Source: Eledone cirrhosa
Taxonomy: Eukaryota
Assembly: GCA_964016885.1 (NCBI GenBank)
Contig: OZ024759.1
Span: forward strand, 27,342,001 to 27,406,000
Direction: 5' to 3'
Length of the DNA: 64,000 nucleotides
This document shows, piece after piece, positions 1-12,720 of this stretch (its first letter is position 1; every line of letters starts with the position of its first letter). The position numbers and the translations under genes are program-made. The notes below the pieces were generated by a model, which was not told where the DNA came from, did no database searches, and saw only the letters and a program-made list of their open reading frames with translations.

Positions 1-3000
1 TATAAGTTATATGCTCCAAAATCATAAAATTATGGGTTAATCTAAACACTGAGAACACAAAGGTGGGGTAAAATTATTTAAAAATTGAGGTTTTAATATT
101 TTATTTTTTATTTACAAATTATATGTCTTGGTGTCATATTTAAGGATATAATGTAGTTATTGGTGGAAATAATATAATATGTGATGAAGAGGTGTATAGA
201 ACTGTGGATATAGAATTGTTTTAATCATTATTTTTAACGGACGAAAAAACTACATAATGACTTCTAGTCGGAGTTACGGGAAATTACGGCAAAGACACTC
301 CATGAAGGTTCAAATATTACGCATTATCTATATATAGGAATCAGGCTAAACAATTTACGGGCACGTCGCTCTAAGTTGGAATATTTTTCACACACACAGA
401 CACGGGAGTTAGGTATGGCATATTTCAAATAAGAGAACATTATTACAGACGGAGTCATTGTAGGTTCAAATCATTGTTAGACCGATCAGAAAGAAAATGG
501 ATATATAATTCATGAAAAAACCTGAAGTGTGAAAGACAGAGTCGACCCTTTCTAGTAACAACACTAAGAAAGCCATGAACGCCACCACGTCCTAAATCTA
601 ACTCTGCGATCGTCATATCAAATCGAAATACTTCACCAACTGTGGAAGATGAAGGATTGAAGAACTATGATATATAGCTAAGAGGCTTGTCTCCAGAACA
701 TTTGAAAAATGTTCCACCAGCCACCTGTATAGTAAATATTCCAAAGTATACCAAATATGTTTCGTAAATGTTTGTTCCTGGTTTAATTTTCCCAATTAGC
801 TTCCTGATTTTTATTCAGGTTCTTTGCATATATTCCTTGAATAGGTTTTCGGGTAGCATACCTTCTTAAATCTCAAAATTCTATATCGGCCACCAAAGTT
901 TCCAATGGCCCTCAATTTTCTGTTCAGCTGCTCATCGTCCACCCAACAGTTGAAACCGCCCAGTTGAGGAACCCCTATGGGTAAGCTACCTCGAATGATG
1001 CTATATATTAATCGAGAGGAGGAGGTGACTATTATAATTTTTATAAGTAATAATCTTTTAAAGACAAGAGGAAATTTCATCATTAAAATCATAAATATAT
1101 GTCTACAGAATACAGATTATCAAAATGAAATTAAAAGCAAGTAAATCAGGGGCCACGAAACTTTACATATTTAGTTTTATTTCTATCGTGAAAAATGTTG
1201 ATCTTCAGATATTAGATTATGGCGGCTGTAATTGTCTTTGTGTTGACGTGTTTGTTTGAAATCCTTTTTTTAATGTTTGTCTCTCTTTAAACATCGTTTA
1301 TAGTTTGTTAAAATTAATTTTAGATTATTCGTACCTCGTCTGTGTGGTTTATTTTGATGTAGCGTCCCTGTCTTGTTTATTTTTGGTTACATTTTAAATG
1401 TGAAATACAGGAACATCAGACATTAAAATGAAATGTTACGTAAAACATACACCTTGTGTTTATTCCAGGTATTTAGATAGATGTCCAGATGTCCACTGAC
1501 AACAAAATAATACAATCATCCAGTGAAAGTTGGTAATAATCCAGGTTCGTTGCAGTCACCATTCACAGTAAACAATGGTTAGAAAGAAACAAAAACAAAA
1601 GACGTATTCAGCAGTTAATGAAGTGAAAACAAAATAAAAACAACTTTACTGAATAAAATTCATTTCTTAATTTCAATAAGGTTTTTTGTTCTTTCTTTTA
1701 TAAAAGAAAACAAATTTTAATTAAAATATGTTGAATATAATATGGGACATTACGACAAAGTACAGCATTATTAGTTCAAATCTTACTTAATAAAAGCAAC
1801 AAATACGCAGTTATTAGTATAAAACCTAACGGAAATCGAACCCTAAAACAGGATCTCCACCGTCTCTAGTACTTACCATTAGGCCACAGGGACAGTTAGA
1901 AAAATGCATTGAAAATTAATATTTACTTACCTATACTAGAAAAAACCGGAAGTGGAGAAAATTGAAAAACTTTTTCTTTTTCTTCCTCTGATTTTTGCCA
2001 CGAACGATAACTCGTCTCTGACTTAAATCCAAATTTTGGATATAAAAAAATCAGAGGAAGAAAAAGAAGATGTTTTTCAATTTTCTCCACTTCCGGTTTT
2101 TTCTAGTAATGAAAAAGTAGGTTTATAAATATCAATTTTCAGTAAGTTTCCGTAACCGTCCCTTTAGCTTAGTGGTGAGTGTAAGAGCCGGTGGAGGTCC
2201 AGGTGCGGGGTTCAATCACTGGCAGTGTGTCGTATTATATTTTTTATAGTATAAAACAAAAATAAAAAAGTAACTTTATAAATATTAATTTTCACACTGT
2301 TTTTATATCTGTCTCCGTGGCCTAATGGTAGGTATTAGAGACGGTGGAGAACCTGCTCTGGGTTTAGATTTCAGTCAAAGTCTATAGATAATAATTTCAT
2401 TTTTTACTTTACTAGAGAAAAATTTAAATTTTAAAATATATAGTACAGATTCGGACTGAGATTGAACACCACATCAGTGTCTACATAGTCTCTAACACCT
2501 ACCATTAGGCCAACGAAACACATACAAGAACATAAGAAAAAAATTTATATTTATAAACCTACTTTCAATTTCCAAGCAAAATAGATGTGCTGGCGTTCAT
2601 GGCTTTCTCATTGTTATTTCTACTAGAATCGGGTCAATGTTTACATTTATTCTTCTGGGGCTTTCATAAAATATATTTTCACTTTCTTTCGGGTTCATTA
2701 GATCCTACAACCAGATGATCTACAGGGACCTTCTTCATGGTCATAGCTGATTATTAAATATATACGGGAGAGTGTGTGTGTATTAGATATTGCCGTGATG
2801 TACTCAGCAATAATGGTTTTCAATTCCGTCGTCCCTCCATCCTTGGTGTGTATATAAATATATATGTGATTTTAACGTACAACGGCGACAATATATAAAT
2901 CTGTTTTGTTTGATAATAATTAGATAAAGCTAATTCTACAACCCCTGTTAAACATTGAAACGACGACTATAAAATATAGCAACAACCACGACATAACAGT

Positions 3001-3699
3001 CTCTGGTTAAATATGATTTAATGAAATTATTGCTAGAGATTGATCCCTAATATTTTATCTCACTCCTTAACCAGGGAGGAAAGGTCCTCAGACTCGGACA
3101 ATGTTGATAAGGAGAGCAGAGTGTATCCTTATTTGTCACGTCTTTCCAGTTGTCACGGTATATAAAAGGCAGTAGTAGTAGTCACTCCTGCGAAAGACGT
3201 TGTCAGTTAGCCTTCTGTAACGAGAGAAGAAGGTCGTGGCTTTTTTTTTCCTCCCTATCACATAATTCATACATTTGTCATCCTTTAGATATCAATATAC
3301 AAGAGAAAGAAGAAAATTGAGAACTTCGGTCTTTTAAAAGTAACATTTATTACATTAGAGCAAAATCTTGCATTAACAATATTTTGTGAGACTAAACATG
3401 GAATGGACAAAGAGATTATTAGAAGAAGGGCAATTGTCTCTATCTTAAACGTCAATACATTCTACAGAAAATCGAAATGAGAATAATTACAGAGATACTT
3501 TACAAAATGTTTCGCGATATGGTTCAAGTTATTTTGTAGTAATATGCAGCTATATTTATACATGTCTCTTATACCCCCTCCACGAGGAATTGTGAATATG
3601 TATGAATATGATTTTAAAGATGGCTAAACATGTTGAAGAAAAAAAAAAGGAATTCAGATGATAGGAATAATAAAACATTCCTTTGCCTAGCTAAATGTC

Positions 3700-3960
3700 G
3701 AGAGGTCTAAAACACTAGTTGAATGATATGTGTGATACGACCTAGAATATTGTTTTGGGGCATGGTCAGACGACTTCAGAAAATACGGAGAAGCTATTGA
3801 AGGAATCGAGAAAAGAACAAAACAGAAAACACCAGAATTATTAAGAAATCGTCTTCTGAAGAAAGATGTTAAACTTTAGGGATTGCAAATTTAGAGGAGA
3901 TAAATCTAACAGGGTGGGGGGACATGATAGAAATATATATTTAAAGGACTAATATTTAAA
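3700..3960 (+). mobile_element. Degenerate CR1-like LINE ORF2 fragment
   Basis: Remnants of LEYC...W and GDMIE-x-Y motifs with stops/frameshifts. Confidence 0.5.
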
Positions 3961-4396
3961 TAGTAGTACACTATTCAAATGTAAAGCTCTGAATAACTAT
4001 ATCTTTCGGGGAGATATATCAAACAAGTGACATGATAGAAATATTTAAAATAACGAAAAGACTACAATATACAGTATTGCAGAAGTAAATGAAAATATAA
4101 GAAGACATCACCATTGAACTGCAGATGAAAGTCAGTACTCTTTACATTTATCCCAGGTATATAGAAAGCTATCCTGATGTCCACTGATTGAAATATAAAA
4201 CAATAAAGAAACACCACAATCCAGTAAACCTTAGTAATAATCCAATTAAGCCGCCATTTACAATAGAAAGTAGTAAGAAAAACAAAGTCACACTCAGAAG
4301 TTAATGCAGTGAAAACAATAAAAATATTATTAATAAATAATAATAATTTCATTTCATATTATCATTAAATTGTTTGTCTATTTTTATTGTAAACAT

Positions 4397-7267
4397 GTGG
4401 CTAATAATTCTGACATATAATGTTATGGACATCTCTGCCCCTGTGGCTAATAATTCTGTCATGTAATGTTATGGACATCTCTGCCCCTGTGGCTAATAAA
4501 TCTGTCATGTAATGTTATGGACATCTCTGCCCCTGTGGCTAATAATTCTGACATGTAATGTTATGGACATCTCTGCCCCTGTGGCTAATAATTCTGTCAT
4601 GTAATGTTATGGACATCTCTGCCCCTGTGGCTAATAAATCTGTCATGTAATGTTATGGACATCTCTGCCCCTGTGGCTAATAATTCTGACATGTAATGTT
4701 ATGGACATCTCTGCCCCTGTGGCTAATAATTCTGACATGTAATGTTATGGACATCTCTGCCCCTGTGGCTAATAATTCTGATTTATTAGCCACAGGGGCA
4801 GAGATGTCCATAACATTACATGATAGAATTATTAGCCACAGGGGCAGAGATGACCATAACATTACATGATAGAATTATTAGCCACAGGGGCAGAGATGTC
4901 CATAACATTACATGACAGAATTATTAGCCACAGGGGCAGAGATGACCATAACATTACATGACAATTATTAGCAACAGGGGCAGATATGTCAATAACATTA
5001 CATGACAGAGTTTCATCTCGCGCTCTCTCTCTCTCGTTTCATCTTGCGCTCTCTCTCTCTCGTTTCATCTCGCTCTCTCTCGTTTCATCTCTGTCTTCCT
5101 CTCTCTCGTTCCATCTTTCTCTTCCTCTCTCTCGTTCCATCTCTCTCGTTTCATCTCTATCTCCCTCATTTCATCTGTCTCTCTCTCTGTAGTTTCATCT
5201 CGCGCTCTCTCTCTCGTTTCATCTCGCTCTCTCTCTCTCTCGTTTCATCTCTGTCTTCCTCTCTCTCTTCCTCTCTCTCATTTCATCTCTATCTCCCTCG
5301 TTTCATCTCTCTCTCGCTCTCTCGTTTCATCTCTCTCTCCCTCTCGTTTCATCTCGCTCTCTACTCTCGTTTCCTCTCTGTCTCGTTCCATCCCGCTCTC
5401 TCACTCTCTCTCATTACATCTCGCACTCTCTGTCTCGTTTCATCTCGCTCTCTCTCTCTCTCGTTTCATCTCGCTCTCACTCTCTCGTTTCATCTCGCTT
5501 CTCTCACTCTCGCGTTTCATCTCGCTCTCCCTGTCTAATTTCATCTCGCTCTCTCTCTCTCTTCCTCTCTCTCTCATTTCAACACTCTAATCCCTCACTT
5601 GTTTTATCTCTCTCTAATCCCTCACTTGTTTCATCTCTCTCAGAATTATTAGCAACAGGGGCAGAGATGTCCATAACATTACATATCAGAATTATTAGCC
5701 ACAGGGCAGAGATGTCCATAACATTACATGTCAGAATTATTAGCCACAGGGGCAGAGATGTCCATAACATTACATGACAGAATTATTAGCCACAGGGGCA
5801 GAGATGTCCATAACATTACATGACAGAATTATTAGCCACAGGGGCAGAGATGTCCATAACATTACATGACAGAGTTTCATCTTGCGCTCTCTCTCTCTCG
5901 TTTCATCTCGTGCTCTCTCTCTTCCTCTCTCTCGTTTCATCTCGCTCTCTCTCTCTCTCTCGTTTCATCTCGCTCTCTCGTTTCATCTCGCTCTCTCTCT
6001 CTCTCGTTTCATCTCTGTCTTCCTCTCTCTCGCTCCATCTCACTCTTCCTCTCTCTCGTTTCATCTCTCTCTCTCGTTTCATCTCTATCTCTCTCTCTCG
6101 TTTCATCTGTCTCTCTCTCTGTCGTTTCATCCCCCTCTATCTCTCTCTCCCTCTCGTTTCATCTCGCTCTCTCTCTCCTGTTTCATCTCGCTCTCTCTCT
6201 CTCCTGTTTCATCTCGCTCTCTACTCTCGTATCCTCTCTCTCTCGTTTCATCTCTCTCTCCCTCCCGTTTCATCTCGCTCTCTCTCTCTCGTTTCATCTA
6301 GCTCTCACTCTCTCGTTTCATCTCGCTCTCTCTCTCTCATTTCATCTCGCTCTCTCTCTCGTTTCATCACTCTCTGCCTCCCGTTTCATCTCGCTCTCTC
6401 TCTGTCTCGTTTCATCTCGCTCTCTCTCTCTCGTTTCATCTCGCTCTCACTCTCTCGTTTCATCTCGCTCTCACTCTCTCGTTTCATCTCGCTCTCCCTG
6501 TCTCGTTTCATCTCGCTCTCACTCTCTTATTTCATGTCGCTCTCTCTCTCTTGTTTCAACACTCTAATCCCTCACTTGTTTCATCTCTCTCAGAATTATT
6601 AGCCACAGGGGCAGAGATGACCATAACATTACATGTCAGAATTATTAGCCACAGGGGCAGAGATGTCCATAACATCACATGTCAGAATTATTAGCCACAG
6701 GGGTAGAGATGTCCATAACATTACATGTCAGAATTATTAGCCACAGGGGCAGAGATGTCCATAACATTACATGACAGATTTATTAGCCACAGGGGCAGAG
6801 ATGTCCATAACATTACATGACAAATTTATTAGCCACAGGGGCAGAGATGACCATAACATTACATGACAGAATTATTAGCCACAGGTGCAGAGATGTCCAT
6901 AACATTACATGACAGAATTATTAGCCACAGGGGCAGAGATGACCATAACATTACATGACAATTATTAGCCACAGGGGCAGATATGTCCATAACATTACAT
7001 GTTATGGACATCTCTGCCCCTGTGGCTAATAATTCTGACATGTAATGTTATGGACATCTCTGCCCCTGTGGCTAATAATTCTGTCATGTAATGTTATGGA
7101 CATCTCTGCCCCTGTGGCTAATAATTCTGACATGAAATGTTAGGGACATCTCTGCCCCAGTGGCTCATAATTCTGACATGTAAAGTTATGGACATCTCTG
7201 CCCCTGTGGCTAATAATTCTGTCATGTAATGTTATGGACATCTCTGCCCCTGTGGCTAATAATTCTG
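4397..7267. repeat. 46-bp minisatellite in alternating orientation with two CT-rich (CTCGTTTCAT(CT)n) blocks
   Basis: Unit GTGGCTAATAATTCTGACATGTAATGTTATGGACATCTCTGCCCCT. Forward 4397-4780, reverse 4781-5008, CT block, reverse 5641-5872, CT block, reverse 6591-7000, forward 7001-7267. Confidence 0.95.
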
Positions 7268-8201
7268 TTCAAATCTGACTGACATGCATGGTATATATTT
7301 ATGTTTCATTATACACCGACACAATACACAGGAACTTATAAAGATATGTATATATTGTCCAGGAGTTTCGAGTTTAGTGGGAATTGTACAACTCTCAATT
7401 GGAGCTAGTCCCTGCAAGATCAGCATAAATAATGTTATACCTTTTCATGAAATCTTGCACACCCGATATTTTATACATGATTATTTAAAGGTGAACAAAA
7501 ACCAAAGAACATTGAGCAGCATTTCTCAACCTTTCTACCCATGTTGATCTCTTGAAATAGTTTTTATGTCTCAAGGAAGCCTTGCATAAAATATACTTTT
7601 TCTATCTCTAGAGCAGTGGTTCCCAAATCGTGTGCTGTGAGATGAAACTAGATGAGCTGCAAAAGACTAAGATTAAGTTTTAAGATGTGAAAAATATAAA
7701 ACTGAAATTTCATATAAAAGTTCAAATATAGCTACAGCCACAAACCTAGGCTCCACACCCCGCAACGCAGAGGAGAGTAAGATAGTACTGAGGCCTGACT
7801 CACCTCTTCCACTCCATTGAGACCTCTGCCATACTTGGTCCCCCTACTGCTGATTTCCTCCATAAAGTCGGGAGGAAAGACGGCAGGAGCCTCGTGAGGA
7901 GGGGCGACTATTGTAGCAGGTGTCTCTGGCCTTGTTCCGAGGTAACGCTTTTACGTTTCTTCCACGGGTTGCGGCTGAGGGACCACTTAGACTGGGGTGA
8001 AGTGTCTGTCCCTCCCCCGACTTCTTACTTCCTTTTTTTTCTCCTTTTCATTTTCTTTTCTCTTCTTGCTTATCTCTGCTATACCACGGCATCAAAAAGA
8101 TATATGATATATGTATGTATGGTATAGGTGTATTTATATTTAGGATAGTTATCAAAGGTAAATAGACTGGTTGGAGTAATAACAGTCTTGTTTATGTATA
8201 T

Positions 8202-8246
<45 letters not shown>

Positions 8247-8399
8247 TGTTCTTGTATTTCTATAGAAAAGGTAAAGAAAAGAAGAATGCTCTATGTATTG
8301 TACAGAGCTATTTAATTACATAATAAACAACAGAATATAATTATTCCATGCAAATAGACTTAGAATGGAAAACATTCAGACAGAGCAGAATGGATAATG

Positions 8400-10704
8400 A
8401 GCGTCATAAGAGAAATTGGCCAACAATTAATATTAATGGAAATGTAGAAGAATTTCATATTAGTGATATGAATGTTTCGTGTGATCACTGTGAAGCTTTG
8501 AAATTTAGAAATGAAAATTGTAACTGTTGTAATAAAGGAAAGGTTGTGTTGCCTCCATTGCAAATATACCCTGAGAGACTGAGAAATCTCTTTGAAAGAG
8601 GCCAGGAAGCAGTTGATTTCACAGAAACATCTGCAATTAAAACTACATTTATTTCACTTCATTTGGTGTTACCACCCGGCAGAGGCCCGTATAGCTTTCA
8701 TATTCAGGGTCAAACATATCACTACACCCCCACCTCTGTAACCTGCAGAAAATACACCACAATATGGCCAGTTATATATTATTGATGGGAACGAAGGTGT
8801 GTAGCACAGATTGGAAGTACCACCAAATAATTGTTTCTGGCACAAGACCAGCAATTACTGCTACTTTATTCTATCGACCTCATAAGGATGAAAACAAAGT
8901 CAACCTTGGAGGGATTTGAACCCAGAACGTAAAGGGCCATAACCCTATGCTGCAAAGCATGGTGTCTGACGCTCTACCGATACTGCCAATCCACCGCCCT
9001 AGTCCCAACAAATAATGAGTGCTCACCGCAATAAATGGCTATGATAAGAGAGGTGTTGCATGAATGTAATCCATACGTCGAATTGTACAATACAATGCAT
9101 GGCATCAAACAGCAAAGTGCAAGAAGAGAAAATTGTCGTGTACAGAACTGTGAATTAAGATTTAGAAGAGGATCAGATATGAGCTGCTATAATTTACCAA
9201 CTAGTAATGATAGCTGTTGTTTTGTGGGGGATTGAGGGCAGACCACCTGTACAAAGAGATATTATCATCTTTCCTAAAGACCATCCTCCTCAGAAAATAT
9301 CACATAATTCATGCCACTTGGACCTCATGACCGACCCATAATGGTGAATTTTGGTGGCATAGTGACATGGAGAGGAATGCAGGACCTGTGTTTGCAATAG
9401 ACTGACAATGCAGGAGTATTACATATACAGTATAGCATATAGAGGAGGATTTAGTGCGATATATAGGGCAGGTAAATTATTTTAGCAGTATTTAGTGGAA
9501 GCCTATATGAAAGTAGAGGGATGCAGGCTTCAATATTTGAGGAACAATCAAGCCCAATTGTGAGTGGATGAGTATAATGGTTTAATGAATTATCTAAACA
9601 GATGATAACACTGAGCCTTAAGAAATGAAGACAAGATAAGAAACAGAGAAGACATTGACAGAATCGTGTCAGCAGAAATACCTGCATTGGAAGATGATCC
9701 AGTACTACATGAGCAGGTTTAAAAGTTTATGATCCACGGGCCATGTGGTTCTGGAAACCCTTTTCCCCCATTTATACAAAATGGATTTTTCCAAAAGAAC
9801 TATCCAAAAACCTACAGAAGGGAAACATTATTGAACCTAAATGGATACCCAGAGTACAGGAGGTGCAAGACAGGAACTGCAGTGTAAATTGGATGACATT
9901 CAGTAGATAACAGGAATGTTGTGCCATTTAATGCCTTTTTGCTTAAGAAATATTGTGCACATATTAATGTTGAAGTTTGCGCTTCTGTAAAAAGTGTCAA
10001 GTACCTCTTTAAATATGTTACATGGGGCATGATTGTACATCTATAGAAGTAACGAATAATGCATTACCTAATGAGGCTCAGAACCAACACAACCATGATG
10101 AAATAAGAACCTATCTTTGTTGCAGGTATGTGTCTCAGCCAGAAGCAGTGTCGTGTCTCTCGGAATTTAAGCTTCATGGTACATCACATACAGTATACAG
10201 CCTAGCCACACACCTGGAGAACAAACAGAGTTTACTTTCAAAGAGGCAATGCTCAGGTTGTGGTAGAAATGCAGGGACCCTTGCTGCCTGGTTCAAGCTA
10301 AATGAACTTGCTTACACCTTCTGGGATGCCGCCTCACAAACTCCAATTAAAAGCAGGATCAATAATAATGCTTCTATGGAATATTTCAATCCAGAACAGA
10401 TTATGTAATGGCACAAGATTAGAAGTAGTAGAACTGCATAAACATTTTATCAAAGCTTCTCATATCTATGGTCCTTTGATGGGCAGGTGTGTTTTGATCC
10501 CAAGACTGAAGTTAGCCCCCAGTGGTGCCAACATCCTTTTTTACTTTGGAAAGACCCCAGTTTCCATTAAGACTGTCATATGCCATGACAATCAACAAGA
10601 ACCATGGTCAAATACATGATAAAGTGGGTCTGTTCCTCCCTGGGCAAGTATTTAACCCTGGACAATTGTATGTTGCTTTTTCAAGAGTTCACAGACAGAT
10701 GTAA
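8400..10704 (+). mobile_element. Decayed Helitron (Rep/PIF1 helicase remnants, internal deletion, SINE insertion at about 8827-9000)
   Basis: Frameshifted motifs CDHCEALKF..CCNKGKV, GPYSFHIQGQTYH, NPYV, MIHGPCG, YPEYRR, HINVEVCASVKSVKYLFKYV, then PIF1 C-terminus GMPPHKLQLK, LCNGTRL, QFPLRLSYAMTINK, GQLYVAFSRV. Confidence 0.9.
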
Positions 10705-10913
10705 AAATTAATCCTCCCAACCCCCACCACTCCTACAACTGTTAGCCCACCCCCAGCACCACCCAACCTCCGTTCTAGTCTCACCGTTAGAACCAATGCT
10801 GCTTACCCTGCCTCTTTTACTAGTTCACTCCGTCGCTCGAATTTCAAAGCTGGCCCTCTACACTTTGTCGTTGCCAGCTCACCACCTGATTGTAATCAAC
10901 GAACCATATTAAT

Positions 10914-11100
10914 TGTTTCTACTTCAGGCACAAGGCCAGCAAATAACCCAGTGCATTACTGGTACTTTATTTTATCGACCCCGTAAGGATGAAAGGCAAA
11001 GTCAACCTCGGCGGGATTTGAACTCAGATCGTAAAGGGACGTAACTATGCTGGAAAGCATGGCGTCCGACCCTCTACCGATACTGCCAATCCACCGCCCT
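10914..11100 (-). mobile_element. tRNA-derived SINE (full length) with 16-bp target-site duplication
   Basis: A box TGGCAGTATCGG, B box GAGTTCAAATCC, central GCCTTTCATCCTTACGGGGTCGATAAAAT (resembles the Meta-SINE domain); TSD AACGAACCATATTAAT at 10898-10913 and 11101-11116. Confidence 0.88.
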
Positions 11101-11126
11101 AACGAACCATATTAATCTTTGGTTAT

Positions 11127-11165
<39 letters not shown>

Positions 11166-11949
11166 ATACAATATGTAGAAAGGATAACACACTAGAGAGA
11201 GATAGAGTGTGTGCGATCAAAAAACAGGGAAACCACCAGTGTATGGAATCTATAAACTACGGGAGGTAAGGTAGACACTTAATAATTAAAAATATAAATC
11301 AAGACGTGTATACGCACATTTATAACTATATAACACACATGTACAAATCCAAAAGGATTCGTTTCGCCACTATATTAGTGGCTGAAATGTAAATACCAAT
11401 GGTTCATCAGTGTGAGCTCAGCAGATACATTCCAGACAACTTTAAAATACTTAAGATAACCGTCCCACGCCACACGGTAGAGAGAAGTAATAGCGTGCGA
11501 AGGGCAGCGAACCAGCGGCCCCTGAGGGACGAGCCGCCAGAAATGGCAGCCCGAAACCACTCAAAGAGAAGCTGGGTTTTCGCTGGTCTTGTGCCAAAAG
11601 TAAAAACACTATATATATGTGTGTGTATTATATATAGTTGAAGGAGACAACAAACAGAGGTACAAAAAGTCTTATTAGTTTCATGCTTTAAACACAGATA
11701 GTAAAATAACTCACGGTAAATTCTTCCTTGAAACACATGTTTACACTTTCAATATCCAGTAGAAGTAAATAAGTTCTGGAATTATTTAGCGAAACGAAAT
11801 TTCGTAAAGAAAGATAAATAGTAAATTTTATTTCTTATTAAATAAAATACCAGTAATTTACTGGTATCAGTTTAAGCAACCTTCCACTCTTCCTCAACAC
11901 ACAAAAAATTTGCTGGCCTTGTGTCTAAATCAGAAACAATTATTTTTAG

Positions 11950-12135
11950 TGGATTGGCAATATCGGTAGAGAGTCGGACGCCATGCTTTGACGCATAGAG
12001 TTACGGCCCTTGCCATTCTGAGTTCAAATCCCGCCCAGGTTAACTTTGCCTTTCATCCTTACGGGGTCGATAGAATAAAGTACCAGTAATCCACTGGGTA
12101 ATTTGCTGACCTTGTGCCAAAAGTAGAAACAATTA
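11950..12135 (+). mobile_element. tRNA-derived SINE, same family, + strand
   Basis: Same A/B boxes and central domain. Confidence 0.85.
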
Positions 12136-12199
12136 TTTAAGGGCGGTGAAAAGGAAGGACAATTCGTCTGGTGTAGTCCTAGATACACTATGCCTTGAA

Positions 12200-12720
12200 G
12201 TGTTATTTCTCGGAGAGACCCTCGGCGTTGATGAAGTCAAACTGACCAGTCTGTTCTGGGCGAATTTCGAGCCAGAGACTATGGATAACTTCCAGTGTCC
12301 GTGCATTGCTGACTTGTGGAGTTAGGTCGAACAGCTGTTGTCGCGTGTAGAACGGATCCGGCTATCGACCAAGTCCATAGAGAGGATCGCCCCGTCGCCT
12401 TCTTTTGGCTGGGAAGGGCAGGCAGTTTTCCTCTGTCTGGTGGCGGTAATGAAGGAGGTTGTGTGGTGGACTAAGTTGAAAGGACATAAGACAGATACTT
12501 TTCTCTTCGGCCAATGCCTCATCAATTTTTTCAAGTTTCACTTGCAAAGGAAGGTGAGGGTGAAGAGAGAAGGGCTGCCCCCGGTACATTTGCTAAAGGT
12601 GGGCGAATGTGACCAGAATGACCCGTGTACATGGGCCTATTCTGATCATGCACCTGCAGGCTGCAATACACCACCAAGTGCGACAATCGGGGTCACATCA
12701 CATCTTCGAGGTTAGCTAAA
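12200..12720 (+). mobile_element. L1/Tx1-like LINE ORF2 C-terminal fragment
   Basis: ET..FQCP....W zinc-knuckle-like remnant followed by INFFKFHLQRKVRV. The downstream TGGGCCTATTCTGA motif recurs at about 50190, 55921 and 63155, each followed by a tail ending in AATAAA. Confidence 0.55.

Noticed and set aside
1829-2520. Calling the tRNA-like units genuine tRNA genes
   Set aside because: Acceptor and anticodon stems do not pair convincingly by eye; reported as tRNA-like only
4986-6602. Long Ser/Leu-rich ORFs
   Set aside because: Translations of CT microsatellite; no coding signal
4397-7267. CRISPR-like appearance of regular repeats (also 28967-30450 and 40042-40685)
   Set aside because: Head-to-tail units without unique spacers, no cas genes, eukaryotic context
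11710-11800. Possible minus-strand first exon (MCFKEEFT|GTGAGT) divergent from PSMD8
   Set aside because: No recognisable downstream exons; a donor-like hexamer alone is insufficient
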